Source: an uncultured Actinomycetes bacterium
Lineage (GTDB): Bacteria; Actinomycetota; Acidimicrobiia; Spongiisociales; DATADW01
Direction: 5' to 3'
Assembly: GCA_963780745.1 (NCBI GenBank)
Contig: CAWACT010000001.1
Location: 148,737-212,736, forward strand
Length of the DNA: 64,000 bases
This document shows positions 29,779 through 38,741 of this stretch, piece after piece. The position numbers and the translations under genes were made by a program. The notes under the pieces were generated by a model. That model saw only the letters and a list, made by a program, of their open reading frames with translations. It was not told the DNA's origin and searched no databases. Each line of letters starts with the position of its first letter. The stretch's first letter is position 1.

Positions 29779-30213
29779 GTGAACGCGCCGGTCTATTCGG
29801 TCCGTGAGGCGCTGGAAGGTGTTGCGATGGAGGCGGTGCTGAAACAGCCCGTTGAGCACCGCGAGACATCCGCTCTCAGCCGGCTGTACGAGGCAATGCT
29901 CGATGCGGCCGACGCAAACGACGGGAGCCGGCTAGTGGAACTTGACATGCGCTTCCACAAAGAGGTCATCAAGCTGTCGCGGAACCAGGCTCTCCCCGAT
30001 GCCATCGGCCCGCTGCTCTCGCAAACCGCCGCCTTCATCTCGATCACCAATCTCGTGTACTTCGACTCCCTCCGCGAGGTGGCCGAAACCCACCTACCAC
30101 TGTTGGAGTTGGTCCAGACCGGCACGGACGTGTCACACGGCAAGTTGGCCGTGCGGGACCACCTGCAAAGGGTCTGGGAACGGGTCGAATCAGCCGACCG
30201 GGACGAGATCTGA
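29779..30213 (+). CDS. GntR-family FCD ligand-binding domain only (N-terminal wHTH missing; probable truncated gene)
   Basis: 144-aa ORF from GTG 29779. ..VYSVREALEGVAMEAV...DMRFHKEVIKLSRNQAL... is an FCD (FadR C-terminal) domain. There is no room for the ~65-aa DNA-binding domain, because the upstream gene ends at 29743. Confidence 0.55.
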   Translation: MNAPVYSVREALEGVAMEAVLKQPVEHRETSALSRLYEAMLDAADANDGSRLVELDMRFHKEVIKLSRNQALPDAIGPLLSQTAAFISITNLVYFDSLREVAETHLPLLELVQTGTDVSHGKLAVRDHLQRVWERVESADRDEI

Positions 30214-30465
30214 GAGAGGTTCCGGAATAGCTCGATATGGCCGTGGGCGGCTACGTGCGGGATTCGCGCCGTAGCAAGAGATGACGGCGGCGGCGCCCCT
30301 GTCGAGGACACCACATCGAGGGCTCGGGCGGATGCGGTCTGGCCCGCCGCACTGATCCGAGGCAGCGCGACACTGGCCTTATTCCCTACTTTCGCCTCTA
30401 GCCGATATGGCCGTGCCTACCCAGGATGGATGCGTGACCAGGAATCGAGGACTGGAGGCAACAAG

Positions 30466-30942
30466 ATGACAGATCCCATGACCGTCGATGTCCACCTCCC
30501 TGAGGACAAGCCGCCCGAATGGGTGAACACTCTGATGACATGGATGTTGACCACTCCCGGCATCCAGGCGATGGTGGGGAAAGGGGTCGCACTCCTTACC
30601 TTCACCGGCCGCAAGACCGGCAAGACCTACACGATCCCCGTCAGCTACCACCGGGAAGACGACACCGTCACCGTGATCACCAAGAGGGCGCGCAATTGGT
30701 GGCGCAACTTCCAATCCCCTATGGAGGTCGAACTGCGGCTCGCCGGCCACAACTTCCTCGGGCGGGCCGAGGTGGCGATCGGTGAGCCCGACGTGCTCGA
30801 GTTCATGGTCGACTATCTCGAGAAGCGACCCGTCGACGCCAAGGCCTACGGGCTTGGCCGCGATGAGATCACATCAGAGAAGGTGGCCAGGATCTTGCCC
30901 CACATCGTGCTCATCCACATCGCCATCACGCCGATCGAATAG
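30466..30942 (+). CDS. DDN/PPOX-like deazaflavin-dependent oxidoreductase family protein
   Basis: ATG 30466 (MTDPMTVDV) after GGAGG, in ORF 30430..30942. The core is ..VALLTFTGRKTGKTYTIPVSYHREDDTVTVITKRARNWWRNF... Confidence 0.65.
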   Translation: MTDPMTVDVHLPEDKPPEWVNTLMTWMLTTPGIQAMVGKGVALLTFTGRKTGKTYTIPVSYHREDDTVTVITKRARNWWRNFQSPMEVELRLAGHNFLGRAEVAIGEPDVLEFMVDYLEKRPVDAKAYGLGRDEITSEKVARILPHIVLIHIAITPIE

Positions 30943-30950
30943 CTGCCAAG

Positions 30951-30973
30951 CCGGCCAGGAACGCGTTGGCCGG
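30951..30973. terminator. hairpin CCGGCCA-N9-TGGCCGG, 9 nt after the stop at 30942
   Basis: 7-bp perfect stem read directly; no U-tract follows. Confidence 0.35.
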
Positions 30974-31095
30974 GCACAGGCAGGCCTGGGAACCAACCCA
31001 GGCAAGCTCGACCGCGAGCGAAGGCTCCGAGTGAGGTGGCTACGCTCCGAGTCACTTCATGGGCGCCGGTCGGCACCCCTCGACCAGGAGAAGAG

Positions 31096-31521
31096 ATGGC
31101 ACGTCGTATCGTCCTCGGCTCGGCACTGACCGCGGCGCTGCTCATCGGAGCGGCCTGCGGTGGCTCGGTGACCGACGCAGCACAGGAACTCTGCACCGAT
31201 CTGACTGCGCTCGACTCCACTGTGGATCAGATCGCTGGATCGGACGTGGACCCGGCAACCGTCACCGTGGGCGACGTTCAGGACGGGTTGTCCCAACTCG
31301 AGTCTCAGGTGGCGGCGGTGCAGGACTCCGAAGCGAACCTCGGGGATGAAGTCAGGTCGTCATTGCGGAGCGCTTTCGATGACTTCCAGAGTGCCGTCGC
31401 CGACATTCCGGCCGACTCGACCTTGGCCGATGCCGGAGCAGACGTGGAGCAAGCCCGTACCACGTTCCAGCAGGCCTGGACGAGTGTGCTCAGCGAGCTC
31501 AACTGCGAATCATCGGGATGA
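31096..31521 (+). CDS. hypothetical lipoprotein
   Basis: ATG 31096 after GGAGAAGAG. Signal peptide with lipobox, MARRIVLGSALTAALLIGAACGG. The mature part is acidic and helical. Confidence 0.65.
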   Translation: MARRIVLGSALTAALLIGAACGGSVTDAAQELCTDLTALDSTVDQIAGSDVDPATVTVGDVQDGLSQLESQVAAVQDSEANLGDEVRSSLRSAFDDFQSAVADIPADSTLADAGADVEQARTTFQQAWTSVLSELNCESSG

Positions 31522-32535
31522 GGCACGCCTGGGGTAGTTCGTCGCCGGGCTGAGACGCACCGACTTCGATCATGTCCTCCAGGCGACGGGTTGCCTCGTT
31601 GAGGGCGTCGACTTCTTCGGATGTCAGCGAGAAGGTCAGGGCGCCGGCGTTGGCGGTTGCCTGCTTGCCGTTCTTGGCGCCGGGGATGGGCAACACAACC
31701 GGGTTCTCGATCAGCCAGCGGAGGGCCACCTGACTCGGGGTCTTGGAATGGCGTTGGGCCGATCTCTTCGAGCAGTGCGACCACCGGTTGGATCGCCTCC
31801 AGTCCTTTGCGGCGGTAGCGGGGTAGCACCCGTCGGAAGAACCCGCCCGGTCGGTTCTTGGTGGAGTACTTGCCGGTCAGCAGACCTCCGGCCAAGGGGG
31901 TGTATGCGATGAGGGTGACCCCGAGCTCCCGGCAGGCGTCGAGAACACCGTTGGTCTCGGGCTGACGGTGGAGAAGCGAGTACTCGACCTGATTGGATGC
32001 AAGGGGGATCCCACGTTCCCCGAGTGCGGCGTGGGCTTGACGCATCTGGTCGGCTGAGTAGTTGCTGACCCCAGACCGCGGTCACTTTGCCTGCTTCGAC
32101 CGCATCCGCCAGATGCTCCATGAGTTCCCGGATCGACACCCCTCTCCTCGGGAAGTGATGTTGGTAGAGGTCGATGCTGGATCTCCCCAACCGGCTGAGA
32201 CTCGCTTCGAGCTCCTGAGGGAAATCCTCGACACGAAAGCGGAACCCGGCGGGGAACTTGGAGGCGATCAACACATCTCGACCCGCGGCCAGCTCACCGA
32301 GACGCCGCTCCGAGGCTCCCCCGCTGTACATGGCGGCGGTGTCGAACAGGTCGACCCCGGCCTCCAGGCTGGCCTCCACGGCGCGTTTCTCTTCTTCGTA
32401 TCCGTGGGCGCCGCCGTAGGCGATCTGGGCCGGATGGAGACGGGCGATCCCTCGTGCCTCCCCCCAGGTCATGGCCCCCACCCCGAGGCGGGGAACGCTC
32501 AGGCTGCTGCGACCCAAGGTCGTCCTGTCGTCCAT
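31499..32535 (-). pseudogene. aldo/keto reductase, two frame changes
   Basis: ORF 31711..32535 (..GVGAMTWG.., LFDTAAMYSGGASERRLG, IDLYQHHFP), ORF 31305..32045 (MRQAHAALGERGIPLASNQVEYSLL..) and ORF 31499..31729 (ALRWLIENPVVLPIPGAKNGKQA). The junctions are ~32070 (extra T; ..VTAVGVSNYSADQMR..) and ~31750 (CCC where CC gives ..EIGQRHSKTPSQVALRW..). Confidence 0.8.
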
Positions 32536-32824
32536 CCCTACCTCAAGGTGTCCGTTACGGTGCGGGCCATCGGTTGAAGGTACACGGCAACCCGATGACG
32601 ACGTGTGTCAACCCGCGGCAGCCCAGGCGACGGCGTCGTCGCGCTCGGAGAGCGGAAATGCCTGAGCTCGACTGGGGTCATCCACCCGAAGAGTTGGGTG
32701 AGGTGGATCATCCACTCGACATCGTCTACTGCACAACTGCCGGAGTCAGTCCCTACCCGTGTTCCCCGGCGGGCAAAGCCGATGCCGACGTAATCTCATG
32801 CCTCTGGTGACCTGAAAGGACGTC

Positions 32825-33801
32825 ATGGGTGATGCATTGACGAGGGCGTATCGCAAGGGTGCCCTCGACGCCGAGGGCTTCCCACTCGCCGACGTGTCCG
32901 ATTATCTCGAGGAGCCCGACACCGTGGTGTGGGTCGACTTCTGTGGTCCCTCCAAGGAACAGCTCCACGAACTCGCCGCCGAGCTCGGCCTCCACGAACT
33001 CGCCGTGGAAGACGCACTCGGACCCCATCAGCGCCCGAAGCTCGACCGCTACGCCACCCACCTGTTCCTGTCCAGCCATGCGGTACGGGTCGATGCGGAG
33101 GGTGGCCGCCTGGACGAGACCGAGATCGACGCCTTCGTCAGCAAGCGGTGGCTGGTCACCGTCCGCAAGGACGAAGGGTTCCCGATCGAGCCCGTACTCG
33201 AGCGCTGGGACCGCTCCCCCGACCTCGCCGCCCACGGGGTCGGGTTCCTGCTCTACGGACTGCTCGACGTGGTCGTGGACGGCTACTTCGACGCCATCCA
33301 AGCCTTCGATTACTACTACGAAGAGGTCAGCGACGCGATGTTCGCCGACCATCCTCTCGATCCCGCCCAGCAGCGGCACTGGTTCGACATGCGCCGCGCC
33401 ATGGTCCGTTTCCATCGCCTTGTTGTCCCCTGCGCGAAGCCGTGAGCAGCCTCATGCGCCGCGAACACCCGGCCGTCTCCGAGGAGCTTTACCCCTACTT
33501 CCAGGACGTCTACGACCACATCCTGCGGGTAAGCGAATCCTCCGACTCGCTCCGAGACCTGGTGAGCACCATCGTCGAGACCAACCTCAGCCTGCGCGAC
33601 TACAGGCAGAACCTCATCGTCAAGAAGGTCTCTAGCTGGGCCGCCATCATCGCGGTGCCCGCCCTCGTTACCGGCTACTACGGCATGAACGTCCCTTACC
33701 CCGGGTCCGGCAGAACATGGGGCGTCGTCGCCTCCACGGTCCTGATGGTCTCTGCGTCTTTTGTCCTTTACCGAGTCTTCCGTCGCCACGACTGGCTCTG
33801 A
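32825..33801 (+). pseudogene. corA: magnesium/cobalt transporter CorA, one frame change
   Basis: ORF 32825..33445 gives the N-terminal cytoplasmic domain. The frame of ORF 32929..33801 gives ..REAVSSLMRRE...YPYFQDVYDHILRV...ALVTGYYGMNVPYPG (GMN motif) plus two TM segments. They join if CCCC (~33430) is read as CCCCC (..RLVVPLREAVSSL..). Confidence 0.85.
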
Positions 33802-33865
33802 GAGATTCCCCTGCCCGAGTGTCACCCCCCTCTCATGCGCTCCGTCGTCGGTGACGCCTGCGTTG

Positions 33866-34572
33866 TCAGCTGATCTGACGACGACGGTCGAGGCCGTCGA
33901 GGATTAGGTCGAGCCCGAACTCGAACTCGGTCTGGTCGTCACACCATCCGATCGTCGTCTCTGGTCCCTCGTGGGTGATTTCAGCCATCATCTCGACGAG
34001 AAGAGGGAGCTCGGTGGCCATTTCCTCCAGCATCTCGTTGCTGATCTCCTCGTCGTCACTCCCCGGTGCCGGGTCGAACAACTCCTGCGGAGAACCCAAG
34101 GGCTCTGCTTCCCAGGGCATGCAACGCATGGTGGGCCAGGTCGTAGCTGATCCCTCCGGCACGGAAGACCTCCAACAGTCCGTGGAAGTACCGGAGGACG
34201 GCAGGGTTCGCGCGGTCCGCGACTCGAGCAGAGCCGGCGCCCACTTGTGCCGGAGCATGACGGTGCGCGCCGTCAGGATCCGGGTGCCGCATCACCTGCT
34301 TCCAATCCTCGGGGCCGGTCGCCGGATCGTGTTCGGAGACCACCTCGTTGATCTCCTCCACGACTCTCTGTGCAACGCCCGTCGAGTAGGGCTTCCTTGT
34401 TGACCACGTGGTGGTAGAGAGACATCGCCTCGACGTCCAACGACTCGGCGAGACCGCGCATGGTGAGGGACTCGAGGCCGGCCTGGTCGGCAATTCCCAC
34501 CGCGGCTGCCAGGATGCGCTCCCGACTAAGGGGGAGACGGGTCTTGGCCGGGCTCTCGGTCTCAGTGACCAT
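33866..34572 (-). pseudogene. TetR-family transcriptional regulator, about four frame changes
   Basis: The HTH half is MVTETESPAKTRLPLSRERILAAAVGIADQAGLESLTMRGLAESLDVEAMSLYHHVVNKEALLDG (ATG 34572). Then come VAQRVVEEINEVV..EDWKQVMRH, NPAVLRYFHGLLEVFRAGGISYDLAHHALHALGSRALGFS, and the C-terminus ..QTEFEFGLDLILDGL, in alternating frames. Confidence 0.75.
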
Positions 34573-34600
34573 CGCCCGATCGTACAACGTAAGAATTGCC

Positions 34601-34629
34601 TTGACAGCCTTACGGCGTATGGATATCGT
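34601..34629 (+). promoter_or_regulatory. candidate sigma-70-type promoter of the oxidoreductase operon (-35 TTGACA, 17 nt, -10 TATCGT)
   Basis: TTGACA at 34601-34606 and TATCGT at 34624-34629, about 28 nt upstream of ATG 34657. The site is flanked by GTAAG/CTTAC pentamers at 34589-93 and 34609-13. Confidence 0.5.
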
Positions 34630-34631
34630 CG

Positions 34632-34644
34632 CTTACAGCGTAAG
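34632..34644. promoter_or_regulatory. operator-like palindrome CTTAC-AGC-GTAAG just downstream of the -10
   Basis: Perfect 5+5 inverted repeat between the divergent TetR and oxidoreductase genes. Confidence 0.5.
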
Positions 34645-34656
34645 AGAGAAGGAGCG

Positions 34657-35679
34657 ATGCACACACCGACCACGCCGCAAACCCGACTGACCACCCAGAC
34701 GATGCGGGCCACGGTCTACACCGACTACGGGCTGCCCCGAGACGTGCTCCGCATGACCGAGGTCGAGCGGCCTGTCCCCGATGCTGATGGTCTCCTGATC
34801 AGGGTGCACGCCGCATCGGTCAACGCCCTCGACTGGCGTCTCATCACCGGCACGCCGTTCCTCGCCCGCATCTCGGACGGAATTCGCAAGCCATCGCGCC
34901 ATATCCCCGGTGCCGACATTTCAGGCACCATCGAGGCGGTAGGCGGAGACGTGGACGGGTTCTCGCCGGGTGACGAGGTCTTCGCCGAGATCCCGGGCGG
35001 CGGATTCGCCGAGTACGTCGCGGTTGCGGCCGACAAGGTGGCACCCAAGCCGACCAACCTCGGGTTCGAAGAGTCGGCAACGCTGGGTGTCGCCGCTCTG
35101 ACCGCACTACAGGGCTTGAGAGACTGGGGGAACCTGCAACCTGGTCAGAGCGTGCTGATCAACGGAGCCTCGGGTGGCGTGGGCACCTTCGCAATTCAGA
35201 TCGCCAGAGCCCTGGGAGCGTCGGAGATAACCGCGGTTTGCAGCACGGACAAGGTGGAGATCGCCCGAACGCTGGGAGCCGACCATGTCATCGACTACAC
35301 CCGGGAAGACTTCACCAGGGTGGCTGGCGCCCACGACCTCCTGTTCGACAACGCCGGCATGCGTCCCTACGCCGAGTGTCGCCGGGTGATCGCTGCCGAC
35401 GGCACCCACGTGATGATCACGGGGCCGATGAACAAATGGTTCGGCCCGGTGCGACGAATCCTCTGGTCGGCTATGCGGGCGATACCGGAACGGCGCACCG
35501 TCGTCGGTGGCAAGACCGCCCAGCAGAGCACCGACGACCTCCTCACCCTCAAACAGATGGTCGAAGCGGGGACTGTGAGACCCGTGATGGATCGCAGATT
35601 CTCCTTGGACGAAGCCGTCGAGGCCCTGCACTATCAGGGTGAGGGACACGCTCGGGGCAAGTCGGTGGTGATCCCCTGA
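34657..35679 (+). CDS. NADPH:quinone oxidoreductase / zinc-type alcohol dehydrogenase superfamily (MDR)
   Basis: ATG 34657 after GAAGGAG, in ORF 34408..35679. Motifs: ..LLIRVHAASVNALDW.., GADISGTIEAVG, VLINGASGGVGTFAIQIA (nucleotide-binding). Confidence 0.85.
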   Translation: MHTPTTPQTRLTTQTMRATVYTDYGLPRDVLRMTEVERPVPDADGLLIRVHAASVNALDWRLITGTPFLARISDGIRKPSRHIPGADISGTIEAVGGDVDGFSPGDEVFAEIPGGGFAEYVAVAADKVAPKPTNLGFEESATLGVAALTALQGLRDWGNLQPGQSVLINGASGGVGTFAIQIARALGASEITAVCSTDKVEIARTLGADHVIDYTREDFTRVAGAHDLLFDNAGMRPYAECRRVIAADGTHVMITGPMNKWFGPVRRILWSAMRAIPERRTVVGGKTAQQSTDDLLTLKQMVEAGTVRPVMDRRFSLDEAVEALHYQGEGHARGKSVVIP

Positions 35680-36059
35680 TGTCGCTGCCCAAATGGCTGG
35701 GAAGGATCAACAAGAGAATCTTCAATCCCCTCGAGATCAGGCGAGGAAAGCGGCCGGTGTTGACCCATGTGGGGCGCAGATCGGGCAACCTCTACAAGAC
35801 CCCGTTGGACGCCCACTCCGTCGAGAACGGCTACGTCTTCATCGTCAACTACGGAGTCGGTTGCGACTGGGTGCAGAACATCCTGGCCGCCGGGAAGGCA
35901 GGCCTCACCATCGGTGACCAGACCTACGATTTGGAGCGACCAAGACTCATCTCGAATGAGGAGGCGGCCCGATCCCTCCCGCCCGGCACAAAGCGCCCGC
36001 CCGCATTTCTCGGGATCGACGACTATCTGCGGATGAATCTGGTGACGTCCAATACGTGA
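35679..36059 (+). CDS. nitroreductase-family deazaflavin-dependent oxidoreductase (DUF385/DDN-like)
   Basis: 126-aa ORF; the start overlaps the upstream stop (TGATG). The core is ..RIFNPLEIRRGKRPVLTHVGRRSGNLYKTPLDAH...VNYGVGCDWVQNILAAG... Confidence 0.75.
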   Translation: MSLPKWLGRINKRIFNPLEIRRGKRPVLTHVGRRSGNLYKTPLDAHSVENGYVFIVNYGVGCDWVQNILAAGKAGLTIGDQTYDLERPRLISNEEAARSLPPGTKRPPAFLGIDDYLRMNLVTSNT

Positions 36060-36252
36060 TCAGCGTGCCCTGGCCCATGATCTGAACCAGATCCTTTGAC
36101 CGGCAGCGCGGCTAATCCGACGGCGGGGCGTCGAGGTGCCACCCACGGCCCGTGCTGCCCCGAATTGGCCGTCGACCTAGCCGGCGAAGGCGATAACAGG
36201 TGTGTGTGGGGGTGTAAGGCGGCGTGCCGGGCCGGACACATAGCATTTCAGA

Positions 36253-36825
36253 GTGGCCGAGCTGTCAAACGATACGCAGGTCGGAGGGACAGATCCGCAA
36301 TTGCGGTTCGATTCGCTGTTCCAAGAACATCATGACGCCATCTACCGCTACTGCGTGCGGCGGCTGGGACGATCTGACGCTGAGGATGCAGCCGCCGATG
36401 TGTTTGCCGTGGCGTGGCGCCGCCTCGACGAGATGCCGACGGGTGAGCGAAGCCGGGCGTGGCTGTTCGGCGTCGCCTACCGGGTGGTTGGGAACCAGTT
36501 CCGGAGTCGACGGCGGCGGACCAGTCTGTCGACCCGGCTCGCTGCCTTGGGAACGGGCCGCGACCAGCGGGTCGAGCCGGGTCCAGTCGGGGAGGTCGAG
36601 TTGCTGCTGCTGGCGCTCGACCAGTTGAGCTTGGCCGACCGCGAACTGCTTCGGCTGACGTCCTGGGATGGTCTGACACGAAGCGACATCGCTTACGTGC
36701 TTGGCATCAAGGAGAACGCCGTGGACCAGCGGCTACATCGTGCCAGATCCCGGCTGAAGCGCCGATTCGATCTGCTGAACAATGCGTCGCCGTCACCAAC
36801 CGAAGCAGAGGAAGCCCCGACATGA
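36253..36825 (+). CDS. ECF-type RNA polymerase sigma factor
   Basis: 190-aa ORF (GTG start). Region 2 is ..FQEHHDAIYRYCVRRLGRSDAEDAAADVFAVAWRR..; region 4 is ..LSLADRELLRLTSWDGLTRSDIAYVLGIKENAVDQRLHRARSRL... Confidence 0.85.
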   Translation: MAELSNDTQVGGTDPQLRFDSLFQEHHDAIYRYCVRRLGRSDAEDAAADVFAVAWRRLDEMPTGERSRAWLFGVAYRVVGNQFRSRRRRTSLSTRLAALGTGRDQRVEPGPVGEVELLLLALDQLSLADRELLRLTSWDGLTRSDIAYVLGIKENAVDQRLHRARSRLKRRFDLLNNASPSPTEAEEAPT

Positions 36826-38677
36826 TCGAACTATTGGAACGAGCCGACCCGGCGAGCGGCGTCGAGCCCGATGCGTTGCGACTCCGCGCCAAGGTGGACG
36901 AGAGGATTGGGCTGTATCCACCGCTGGTGCCTGCTCCCAGGCGCGCGGGCCGCCCCTGGCTCATCGCCGTGGCCTCGGTGGCGGTGGTGGCCGTGATCGC
37001 GCTGCCGGTCCTGTTGCGCCAGGAATCTCCGTCGGTGTTCGACCCCCGCTTCGATGGCATCGCCGAGCTGCCCGGTGTTGATGCTGTGGTGCCGCTGGCG
37101 TCGGGCGGTATCCAGACCCTCGCCGTCGATGGCGACACCATCTGGGTGATGACCGGATTGGCAAATGAGCTGCAGCGAATCTCCGCCGTCTCGGGTGAAG
37201 TGGAGGAGAGCTTTGCTATCGACCGCTACGTCGAGGGCGTTGTGGTCGGGTCCGGATACGTCTGGTTGATGAGCTACGACAACGGCGGCGAGCTGTTGCG
37301 GTTCGACCCGGTCGCCGGTGCTGTCGACAAAGTGATACCGATCGGCGGGCTACCCGGTTGCGGAGCGTGGCTCGGGGACAATCTCTGGATCAACAATGAT
37401 CAGGGAGAGCTCTATCGGGTCTCCGCCGACGGCGAGATCGAGGCAGCCGGCACCGGCGAGATCAAAGGCGAAGGTCTGGGATACCTGTGGGTGAACGATC
37501 CGGAGACTGGTCTGATATCCAGCCTCGCCGAGGACGGAACACGCGGGCAGGTCGTAATCCCCACGGAATCTGGACTTGACACCGCCGACGGTTGGGGGGT
37601 TCGCAGCGTCACCGAGGCTGGTGGTCGGCTATGGCTGATGGATGGCGACTTACCCGTGGGGTACCAATCTGAGCACCTTCGACCCGAATACGGGCGAGCT
37701 GAGCTCGTTTGGGGGTCTCACCTTCGGTCTTCACTCGATGACCACGTTCGACGGATCATTGTGGGTCAGCTCGCACACCGATCACCTCGTGTTCCGGGTG
37801 GATCCGGTCACCGGCGAGACGCACACCTACCCGATGCCGGGCAAGGCCGGTGGCCTTGTCGAAGCAGACGGATCGCTGTGGGTTGTCCTCAACCACCCGG
37901 GGGTGCTGGTGCGGCTCGACCCGTCCGCCGGGCTGATCGAGCAAGCGGAGATCGTCTATGACGACTGGAACAGGTTCCCTCACCGTCTCCTCTGCACCGG
38001 CAGTGGTGAGGCCGAAGCGCCCACCATCATTCTCGAGCCATCCGACTGGATCGACTACGGCTCGTGGTCGGTGATCCAGGCGCAATTGTCCAGCAGCCAC
38101 GTGGTCTGTGTGAATGGATATGTGGAAGGTGAGGCGACACCGGCGAAGCGAGCCGCTGACCTCGATGAGGCATTGACCTCGAGCGGGATCCAGGGGCCCT
38201 ACGTACTGGTCGCCTCCGTTGACGGGGTTCACTCCACCCGCCTGTTCGCATCCGGAAGAGAGGACGTTGCTGGTGTGGTGTTGGTCGACCCGATGCCGAT
38301 CGGCTTCGCCGCACATCTCGATTCCTCGCTCGCCGAAGCAGGTCTCGAAGCGGGCGGCCATCCGACATGGCTCGACTTGGACCCGACGGTCTCCGCGTCC
38401 CTTGACGGTTTCGGCGACCTGCCGATGACCGTCATCGGGCAGGACCCCAGATTCGGTATATCTCAACCCCAGATTCGTTCAGTACGCCGGTGCCGCAACC
38501 GCCCAGTCGATCAACGACTACTGGCAGGACGGGCTCGAGTTCTACGCCGGGCTCTCCACCGATACCCGCACCGTCGTCGCCGAGGGGACCGGAATGGATT
38601 ATGTGCTCTGGGACCGGCCCGACCTGGTGGTGCACGAAGTGCTCGAACTGGTACGCCGCGCCAACAGCAGCGGATGA
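36822..38677 (+). pseudogene. putative anti-sigma-type membrane protein with beta-propeller-like repeats and a C-terminal alpha/beta-hydrolase-like domain; two frame changes
   Basis: ATG 36822 overlaps the sigma stop (ATGA). MIELLERADP.. is followed by a TM segment (WLIAVASVAVVAVIALPVLL) and repeats (..GDTIWVM.., ..GYVWLM.., ..DNLWIN.., ..GYLWVN.., ..GRLWLM.., ..GSLWVS.., ..GSLWVV..). It continues in ORF 37642.. after TT (~37650), then in a third frame after the 22-bp insertion at 38445-38477 (..QDPRFVQYAGAATAQSINDYW...VLELVRRANSSG, TGA 38675-38677). Confidence 0.65.
38445..38477. repeat. 11-bp direct repeat (ccccagattcg) flanking an 11-bp AT-rich filler (gtatatctcaa): a 22-bp insertion in coding sequence
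   Basis: Read directly from the sequence. Removing 22 nt restores one frame across ..TVIGQDPRFVQYAGAAT... Confidence 0.8.
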
Positions 38678-38741
38678 TGGCGAACCCGGTTAATGCGGCG
38701 GAAGCCACCGGATTTTGCGAGGGTCGCTGAGCCTGTCCGAT

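Noticed and set aside
30233-30245. A 13-bp direct repeat, CGATATGGCCGTG, also at 30403-30415, in the gap upstream of the second DDN-like gene.
   Set aside because: Tens of chance 13-mer pairs are expected in a window this size. There is no extended similarity and no associated structure.
32659-32810. A 50-codon ORF (MPELDWGHPPEELGEVDHPLDIVYCTT...) in the corA leader.
   Set aside because: It has no Shine-Dalgarno and no family resemblance. The region is more plausibly an untranslated leader.
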